Source: Leucoraja ocellata
Lineage: Eukaryota
Direction of reading: 5' to 3'
Length of the DNA: 64,000 nucleotides
NCBI GenBank assembly: GCA_036785375.1
Contig: JAWMAR010000007.1
Location: forward strand, 124,001 to 188,000
Position numbers and translations under genes: made by a program. Shown here piece by piece: positions 55,501-64,000 of the stretch (within the stretch, counting starts at the first letter, position 1; every line of letters starts with the position of its first letter). The notes beneath the pieces are model-generated. The model did not search any database. It was not told where the DNA came from and saw only the letters and a list, made by a program, of their open reading frames with translations.

Positions 55501-56660
55501 CCAAGGCCACGTTGGCCCGGGATGGCCAAGTACATACGGGACAGAACAGCATCCTGCCCCATCTGCAACAGTTTGGCACCAGACCAACAGAAACAGCCTC
55601 TGCTACAACAACCCCCACCAGCACTGCCCTGGACGTCGCTGGCAGCAGACATTTTCGAATGGCACGGTAAACACTACCGAGTCCTAGTTGACTCCTACTG
55701 CAACTAGTTCGAACTCTATTTACATCATCACATCCCACCATCACATCCAACATGGTCATTCAAAAGCTACAGAGACACTTTTCCGTAGTCGGAGCGCCAG
55801 TCCGCCTGCAAACTGCCAGCGGAAGACAATTTACCAGTCCTGCATTCAAACACTTTGCCAACAGATGGAACTTCCACCATGTCACGAGCAGACCCTCAAA
55901 GTAACGGGCTCGCTGAATGGGCCGCAAGGAAAGCAAAACAACTCACGGAACACTCCCACCTGGCCGAGTCAGATGTGTATCTCGACCTTTTAAACCTCAG
56001 AAACATCTCCAGAGACGGGGGTCCTGGGCTCACCAGCTCAACGTCTGATGTCTCGGACAACACGACCTCCGATACCAATTGCCCAGCGGAAGCTGGTGCC
56101 ACAGGTACTGAAGCCAGCCGCGGTCCAGAAGCACATCCAGCGGGAAACACAACATCCAGAAACGATCCGATGACAAGTCCAGTAAACCGCTGAAGCCGCT
56201 GCTGCAGGGTCAAGTCATCCGTTTGCAGACTGCTGTGGGACATTCCCGTCTAGGTCTCGTTGTCAGCCCGTCCAAGGAACCCCGCTCCCACCTTGTCGAC
56301 GTCGAGGGTGCGCTGTACAGACGGAGCCACCAACACTTGCTGCTTGTAAAAGAACCCCGTCCGCCACCAGCCGATCCCTTTGCTCCACCCCTGCTGTTTA
56401 AACCCTCTGCTGCTGCTGCTATCACCAGTCCCAGCATATCCCGTTCTCTGCCATGGTCGGCAATCCCGTCTAACAACAACACTACCTCTCCCGCATGCTC
56501 ACCCTATCAGCAGCCTAATATGTCCCCAGCTGCTTCCTCCCTTCCGGGTTCACTGCCTCCCTCCCCCACTAATTTTTCTGGTACGGAGGGAGAGGGGTTG
56601 GTCCGTATGCGTTCGGGCCGTATTAGTAGACCGCCTGACAGATACGGCGAATATGTTTAA
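52588..56660 (+). pseudogene. Disrupted gag-pol of Gypsy element 2
   Basis: Many frameshifted ORF pieces homologous to element 1. Confidence 0.92.
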
Positions 56661-56712
56661 ATTCACGCCTCTTACCTTTGCTTTAACTATATTGACTCTT
56701 TACGGGGAAGGA

Positions 56713-56921
56713 TGTAGATTGGTTATTGCATGCGAGCCAATCATAGTAGAGTAGCATCATTAATCCCACCTTACTGTATGCTTTATATTAACACCCACTT
56801 CCTACATTAAGTAGTCTTGGAAGCGGTAGTGATGAACTAACAACTTGCTGTACCGCTATACTATGTGTTACAATTAAAGATGACTTTAAACTCTCGGCCT
56901 GTGTAACATCAATCATTTACA
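56713..56921 (+). repeat. 3' LTR of Gypsy element 2
   Basis: TG...CA, matches 52014-52110 joined to 52410-52525. Confidence 0.93.
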
Positions 56922-57490
56922 CCTAGAAACATGTACGTCTTTGGAATGTGGGAGGAAACCAGACCAAAAAAAAGCCTTGTTTCAATTATCTTTGCAATCT
57001 GGGTCAAAAATGCAAGTTGGTAGCACCGGAAACAAACCGGAGATCCAGTGCTCTCCACAGCTGTCAACCCAAAAGGCCAAGAGAATGCGAGGAGCAAAAG
57101 AACAAGAGGCCATGTGGTCCCCAGGGCTCTCGCTTAACTTTTTATTCCCTGCTGCCAGCCGGGCAACTTCGGCAGCTTTTTAAGTTGCAAATGACAGTTT
57201 AGGTGGTCATTTAAGACGGCTTGCATGACGCTTGCTATAATGTGCTCGGACGAAGTGCGTAGTTACCAGTCGGAATTATGATCAATGAACCATTCACATA
57301 TTATTTCTGCTTCAAATAAAGTCACAAACTAAACATATTCACCAATCAAGACATGATGTATACCACTATGACATGCAGCAAAATTACAATACAGTATCTC
57401 ATCTCTTTTTACACATTGCAATGAATGCAATTTCTATTATCCATTTCCACTTCCAAACAAAAATATGGTTATTCAGCGTATGATCAACCT

Positions 57491-58102
57491 CAGTGAGACC
57501 AAGCGCAGGCTTGGCGATCGCTTTGCACAACACCTCCACTCAGTTCGTAATAACCAACCTGATCTCCCGGTGGCTCAGCACTTCAACTCCCCCTCCCATT
57601 CCGAATCCGACCTTTCTGTCCTGGGCCTCCTCCATGGCCCACCGCAAATTGGAGGAGCAGCACCTCATATTTTGCTTGGGTAGTTTACACCCCAGCGGTA
57701 GGAACATTGACTTCTCCAATTTGAGGTAGTCCTTGCTTTCTCCCTCCTTCCCCTCCCATTCCCAGCTCTCCCACAGCATCCTGTCTCCGCCTCTTCCTTT
57801 CTTTTTCCCGCACCCCTCCCGACATCAGTCTGAAGAAGGGTCTCGACCCGAAACGTCGCCTATTGGGCAGTTCACACCCCAGCGGTATGAACATTGACCT
57901 CCCATTTCAGGTAGTCCCTACTTTCTCCTCCGCTTCCCAGCTCTCCCTCAGCCTACTGTCTCCGCCTCTTCCTTTCTTCTTCCCGACCCCCTTGCACCCT
58001 CACATCAGTCTGAAAAAGGGTCTCGACCCGAAACATCGCCTATTTCCTTCGCTCCATAGATGCTGCCTCACCTGCTGAGTTTCTCCAGCATTTTTGTCTA
58101 CC
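57491..58102 (+). mobile_element. Penelope-like element 3' part: GIY-YIG endonuclease remnant and tandem pseudo-LTR
   Basis: ETKRRLGDRFAQH...PVAQHFNS...RKLEEQHLIFCLGSLHPSG.NIDF; about 185-bp tandem duplication at 57678-57864 and 57865-58044. Confidence 0.88.
57825..57862 (+). ncRNA. Minimal hammerhead ribozyme motif (PLE type)
   Basis: CTGAAGA at 57830-57836, stem II gggtc/gaccc, GAAAC at 57850-57854, GTC at 57855-57857. Confidence 0.65.
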
Positions 58103-58654
58103 CATTCACACAAGTTCTGTTATCCCACTTTCTTCACCCACTCCCTACACATTAGGGGCAATTGAACAGAGGCAAGTTAACCTACAAAGCCAATGCGTCT
58201 TTGGGATGTGGGAGGAAACCCACACGCTTGCAGGGAGAATGTACAAATTCAACACAGACAGTGCCCAAGAACAGGATCGAACACAGATCTCTGGCGTCTG
58301 AGGGAGCAAGTCCACCAGCTGTGTCACTATATTTTATTTTCCAACACACAAAAAATTATACATTGATAACTTTGGTTACTAAAAAAAAAAAAGAAACTTT
58401 CCATTTTCAGTCTTAAATCTCTAAGTGACGCTATGTCCCCCTTTACAGCTACTGTTGGTTTTAATTAAGTTCAAGGCTATTGGGGCAGTACGTTGGCCAT
58501 AAAGGTGCTGCCTAAAATTGCCAGAGACCCGGAATTGATCCTGAATATGGGTGCTGTCTGTATGGAGTTTGTTTTCTCATTTATAACATTGTTTACAGAG
58601 TACTATGTTTACATATTCTGTTGTGCTGCTGCAAGTACGGATTTCATTGTTCTA

Positions 58655-59125
58655 ACTGAGAGCATCCTTACCAACTGCATCACAGTATGGTATGGCAACT
58701 GCTCTGTCTCCGACCGGAAGGCATTGCAGAGGGTGGTGAAAATTGCCCAACGCATCACCGGTTCCTCGCTCCCCTCCATTGAGTCTGTCCAAAGCAAGCG
58801 CTGTCTGCGGAGGGCGCTCAGCATCGCCAAGGACTGCTCTCACCCCAACCATGGACTGTTTACCCTCCTACCATCCAGGAGGCGCTACAGGTCTCTCCGT
58901 TGCCGAACCAGCAGGTCGAGGAACAGCTTCTTTCCGGCGGCTGTCACTCTACTCAACAACGTACCTCGGTGACTGCCAATCACCACCCCCCCCACCCCGG
59001 ACACTTATTATTATTTATTCAAATCGTTTGCTATGTCGCTCTTCCAGGGAGATGCTAAATGCATTTCGTTGTCTCTGTACTGTACACTGACAATGACAAT
59101 TAAAATTGAATCTGAATCTGAATCT
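58655..59125 (+). mobile_element. Rex1/Babar-type LINE 3' end with (GAATCT)n tail
   Basis: ESILTNCITVWYGN...HPNHGLFTLLPS...SFFPAAV. Confidence 0.85.
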
Positions 59126-60011
59126 GGGACGTGAGAGAATAAAACACTCTTGACTCACATTGCTAATATGTGGGATACAACTAGAGTACGGGTGATCGGT
59201 GGTCGTCGTGGACTGGGTGGGTGAAGGGCCTGTTTCCACGCTGTATCTTTAAATTAAACTAAAAACACTAAATCCAGAGGAAATGTAAAGAAGGGTTTCT
59301 ACCCGAAACGTCACCCAATTTCTTCTATCCAGAGATGCTGGCTGCTCCATGGAGTTCTCCCGCACAATTAAAGCATGGAATTGTCTTCACCATAGGTACC
59401 AACCAGACACAACTAAATTTAAGGTAGTTTTCTTTTCCCCAAGAACCCTTTTTTGCTTAAGTCCAAGTCAAGAGTCAAGAGAGTTTTATTGTCATGTGTC
59501 CCAGATAGGACAATGAAATTCTTGCTTGCTGCAGCACAACAGAATATGTAAACATAATACAGAACAGGAGATAAAAGTTCAGTGAATCTATATACTATAG
59601 ACCATATATATACACAATAAATAAACAGATAAAATGCAATAGGCTGGTATTTTTCAGAGTTTGGAGTTTGGTGGTGGTGGGTCAATTCCAATTTGAATAT
59701 TTTTGGAGGACCAGGAAACCAAGAAGTAAGAGTTACTCCAGGGAGTTAGTGCAGCTCCAGGGAGTGATTCTGCGTTGTTTTTCAGCGGTCGCGGTGAGGC
59801 AGCGACCGGACAGCAATGGCGGCCAGAACTCCCACAATGCAAAGGGAGGGAGAAAGTGGCCAACGCCGACCAGTTGCCGTGGCAGGGCCGCACATGCGCA
59901 CAACCACGGCCGATGATGTGCTGGTCGTGGCAGTGCGGATAAGGAGGCCGGCCGTGCCGAGCAGAGACCCGAGAGCCGGACACGGATGGCGGGCGGAGAC
60001 AGAGGTAGACC

Positions 60012-60053
<42 letters not shown>

Positions 60054-60219
60054 GGGGACCCGCTCAGAATTAAACGCTAAGTGTCCCAGTTGCTTAACAA
60101 GCCGGGCAAAATGGCATGACTTTTATGTTGCCCGGCGGGACTGTGTTGCCATTGGCACCCGGGCAACCGCTAATTTCGAGCCCTGGGTCTCTTGAACACG
60201 CTCTGCCATCCACCATCTT

Positions 60220-60900
60220 ACAGTGCTTGCAGCACCGGAGACCCGGGTTCGATCCTGACTAAGGGTGCTGTCTGTGTGGAAGTTTGTACGTTCCTTACCC
60301 TTAACATAAGGGTGTCCGAACCCATAACATATAAGATTGTTAAGGGCTTGGACTCGCTAGAGGCAGGAAACATGTTCCCGATGTTGGGGGAGTCCAGAAC
60401 CAGGGGCCACAGTTTAAGAATAAGGAGTAAGCCATTCAGAATGGAGACGAGGAAACACTTTTTCTCACAGAGAGTGGTATGTCTGTGGAATTCTCCGCCT
60501 CAGAGGACGGTGGAGGCAGGTTCTGTGGATGCTTTCAAGAGAGAGCTAGATAGGGCTCTTAAACATTGTGGAGTCGGGATATGGGGAGAAAGCAGGAACG
60601 GGGTATTGATTGGGGATGATCAGCCATTGAATGGCGGTGCTGGCTTGAAGGGCCGAATGGCCGACTCCTGCACCTATTGTCTATTGTTCTCCCCGTGACC
60701 TGCGTTGGTTTTCACCGAGATCTTCGGTTTCCTCCCACGCTCCAAAGACGTACAGGTTTCTAGGTTAATTGGCTTGGTGAATGTGTAAATTGTCCCTAGT
60801 GTGTGCGCAGGATAGTGTTAAGGTGCGGGGATCGCAGGTCGGTGCGGACTCGGTGGGCCAAAGGGCCTTTTTCTGCACTGTATCTCAGAACTAATCTAAA
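60220..60900 (+). mobile_element. HE1-type SINE interrupted by a CR1 3' fragment (about 60325-60687)
   Basis: The SINE consensus resumes at ttctccccgtgacc after the CR1 (CTATTGT)n tail. Confidence 0.85.
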
Positions 60901-60929
60901 ATTGCGGTGAGCTGTAGCAAGAGGAAACT

Positions 60930-61405
60930 CGATAGAGGGAAAAGGTTGGGCCGATTCTGTGGCTGCAAACGAGACACTGGGATGGTGTGTTGCCTCCCTG
61001 ATGCCAAGGTCAAGGATGTCTGTGAGCGGTTACAGAACATTCTCAACAGGGAGGGACGGAGGGAGGGCAGGCAAAGGTTAGTGTACATATTGGTACCAAT
61101 TACATCGGTAGAAAAGGGAAGAGGTCCTGAGAGTGAATAAAGTGGTTTAGGCAGGAGTTTAACATGCAGGGTCAAGGGTAGTAATCTCTGGATTAGTCCT
61201 GGTGCTACATACTGCAGAGAATAGGAATAGGAGGCCAGGGCAGTTGAATGCATGGATGAGGGGCTGGTGCAGGGTACAAGGGCGTTCAGATTGGTGTCCC
61301 ATTGGGAGGTGTTCTCTAGCAGAGGTGACCTGCACAAGGCAGGCTGGTTGCACCGGAACTCAAAGGAGATCGATATTTTGGTGGGGAGATTTGCTAGAGC
61401 TACTG
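60930..61405 (+). mobile_element. CR1 ORF1 fragment (SGNH/GDSL esterase-like), decayed
   Basis: RFCG...MVCCLPDAKVKDVCERLQNIL, QLNAWMRGWC and DLHK.GWLH.N...ILVGRFARA, matching CR1 ORF1 esterase blocks as recalled. Confidence 0.75.
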
Positions 61406-62834
61406 TGTCTTTCAGCAAAAATATTGTTAGGATCTGCAACCAAAGGAAGGCTGAGTTTAAACCAGGAATGGGACTGAACATTCTCAACTCAGTCCAAATT
61501 CTCAAGGAGAAGGTTCACAACATATATACACCAGGGAAGTTCTCAACCTAAACAAAATTGCAGAGAAAATGTGCATGAAGGAACTGCAGATGCTGGCTTA
61601 CACCGAAGATAAGTCACAAAATGCTGGAGTAACTCAGCGGGTCGGGCAGCATCTCTGGAGAAAAGTAATAGGTGACGTTTTGGGTCAAGACCCTTCTTCA
61701 GATTGCAGAAGGGTCTCGACCCAAAACATCACCTACTCCTATTCTCCGGAGATGCTGCCCATCCCGTTAAATTGCAAGGAATCATGTTCAAACCAGACTT
61801 CAGTGACTGTGTGGCATTTGCACATTCTCCCTGTGGCCTTGTGGGTTTCCTCAGCCATATCTCAAAGAAGTGCAGATTTGTAGATTAAATTGCCTCTAGT
61901 ATGTAGAAACATAGAAACATAGAAAATAGGTGCTGGAGGAGGCCATTCGACCCTTCGAGCCAGCACCACCATTCATTGTGATCATGGCTGATCGTCCCCT
62001 ATCAATAACCGTGCCTGCCTTCTCATATCCCTCGACTCCACCAGCCCCTAGAGCTCTATCTAACTCTTTCTTAAATCCATCCACTGTGGCAGGGAATTCC
62101 ATAAATTCACAACTCTCTGGGTGAAAAAGTTTTTGCTCACCTCAGTCTTAAATGACCTCCCCTTTATTCTAAGGGAATTCTGTAGAGAGAGGTGAGAGAC
62201 TAGAATAACTTAGAACTATTGTGAACGTATGATCGATGGTCAGCGTGGACTCTGTGGGCAGAAGGGCCTGTTCCCGTGCTATATATCTCTAAACCAAATA
62301 CTTGGTTTAGAGATGCTCATGCAACACACAAAATGATTAAACACCAAGTTTTAACCAAGCAAAACGTCAAAAATGATAAACACAACCAAATATTTCTACA
62401 TTGAACAGATCAGCCGTGATTGAATGCCAGATTTGATGGGCCAAACAGCCTAATTCTGCTACTACCACTTACACATTTAGTCATTTATCAGTGAAGTTTG
62501 TTTGAACTTTTTATTTATCACATCAATTAATGTAGAGGTCAATGAGCAACCAGTTTTTATTGACCACATGAGGAATGATCCTAGATCCTGAGGTGCAAGG
62601 GAGAGGGTTGTTGGGGTTTGATGGAAATCTTCAAGTGATCTCTGGTCCCAGAGGAGATACGTGATAATGCAGATCAGAAGATGATCAGAAGAGCAGGATT
62701 AATTAGAATTTGGGAGATTCAGGGTTTAGTTGAGGATTTTGTCAAACGGGAGTGAATTTTTAAGGAAGCAATTTTGAAGGTGGTTTAAATGGATTTAAGT
62801 AAGACTTTGACGGTCTCATGCAAGAGAATAGTTT

Positions 62835-63330
62835 AGTTTATTGTCTATTGTCACATGTACCAAAGTACAGTGAAAAGCTATTTTTGCGTGCTATCCAGTC
62901 AGCAGAAAGACAATACATGATAACAATCAAACCGCCCACAGTGTACAGTACAGGATAAAAGGAATAATGTTTAGTGCAAGATAAATGTCAGTAAAGTCCA
63001 AATGAAGGTAGTCCGAGGGTCTCCAATGAGGTGGATGGGAGATCAGGACCACTCTCTACTTGGTGATAGGATGATTCAGTTTCCTAATAACAGCTGGGAA
63101 GAAACTGTCCCTGAATTTGGAGGTGTGCGTTTTCACACTTCTGTACCTCTTGCTTGCTGCGAGAAGAGGGAGTGACCAGGGTGAGACCGGTCCTTGATTA
63201 TGCTGCTGACCTTGCTGAGACAGCACGAGGTATACATTGAGTCAATGGAATGGAAGTGGGCTGTGTCCACAATTTGCTGCAGTTTCTTGCATGGAGCTGT
63301 TCCAAAGCCATGCATCCTGATAAAATACTT
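62835..63330 (-). mobile_element. Rex1/Babar-type LINE 3' end
   Basis: SSIIKDRSHPGHSLFS; reverse-complement relative of 26870-27335. Confidence 0.8.
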
Positions 63331-63519
63331 TCAGACTTTGTGGAGGGGGTGGGGGATGGAAGAAGCCTAAATGAGGTGCACAAACCTGGAGGGGCAGAGA
63401 TAATGAGGAACATTTTCACTCAGTAGCAGTATTTCTGACCAGGGGGAATAGGTTGAGGACAAGGAATGTAGAGGAAATCAGTTGGAGAATGACTTCAATG
63501 ATTCAATGACACTTTATGT

Positions 63520-63692
63520 ATTCTTCAGTTTTGACTGTTTTGTTGCTCGAGACAAAGGCTGTGTTTTGAACAGTTCGTGGCAGATGGTCAGAGCCTCGGA
63601 GGCTGCATCTGGACTTGAAAATATTCCCAAAGCATGAGAATTATCCACCCATTTTATTCTGATGCCTTTATCACGAAAGCTGCCAAATGTAC
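63520..63692 (-). pseudogene. R3HCC1/R3HCC1L-like RRM fragment, probably retroposed
   Basis: TFGSFRDKGIRIKWVDNSHALGIFSSPDAASEALTICHELFKTQPLSRATKQSKLK matches the recalled R3HCC1 segment (KGFRIQWVDDTHALGIF...RPLTQGTKQSKLK), then stops abruptly. Confidence 0.72.
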
Positions 63693-64000
63693 AGTGAAAT
63701 GGTTTGATTTCCATGCAGCATGTAGCAGACCTCAGCTAGTCAGTACACAAGTGTCACCTCGTTTCGGCAGCGATAGGGGGAGATTGAATTCTGGGGGACA
63801 CTGCCCGAGGGAGTGGTGGAGGGGATATTTCCAGTGGTGGGAGAGTCTAAGAGCAGGGGTCACAGCCTCAGAATTGAAGGATGTGGAATGGCGATCTCTT
63901 TAGCCAGAGGGCAGCAAATCTGTGGAATTCTTTGCCACAAATGATGGAGGAGGCCAAGTTGTTAGGTATTAAAGCAGAAAGTGATAGGCTTTTGATTAAT

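Larger units (their letters stand above)
52014..56921 (+). mobile_element. Gypsy/Ty3 LTR retrotransposon 2, related family, decayed
   Basis: LTRs at 52014-52525 (with about 300-bp insertion) and 56713-56921; polypurine tract ggggaagga at 56704-56712; TSD cctac/cctag; gag with Cys/His knuckles, LDTG protease, RT IIVDDIL, integrase QSNGLAE. Confidence 0.95.

Noticed and set aside
60891-61505. 204-aa minus-strand ORF
   Set aside because: Antisense to the CR1 ORF1 remnant.

Overview
Eukaryotic genomic DNA, most likely from a cartilaginous fish (skate or ray). This is inferred from abundant HE1-type V-SINEs and HER1/CR1 LINEs. The only intact host gene I can support is FAM169A (SLAP75) on the minus strand: 12 coding exons from ATG 35635 to TGA 2668, all with GT-AG junctions and matching phases, giving 2526 nt or 841 aa. 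The rest is mostly mobile DNA: two decayed full-length Gypsy LTR retrotransposons, each inserted into an HE1 SINE; a 5'-truncated L1 with a 10-bp TSD; CR1 and Rex1/Babar fragments; Harbinger-like MITEs; and Penelope-like elements (PLEs). Most notable observations: (1) minimal hammerhead-ribozyme motifs carried by PLE repeats, in tandem and in self-complementary units; (2) an intact GNAT acetyl-CoA-binding motif in FAM169A; (3) a coding tandem repeat that gives four IKME SUMO-consensus sites; (4) a perfect intronic RFX X-box; (5) an intronless R3HCC1-like fragment ending in a LINE-type tail. All calls were made by eye, with no database searches.
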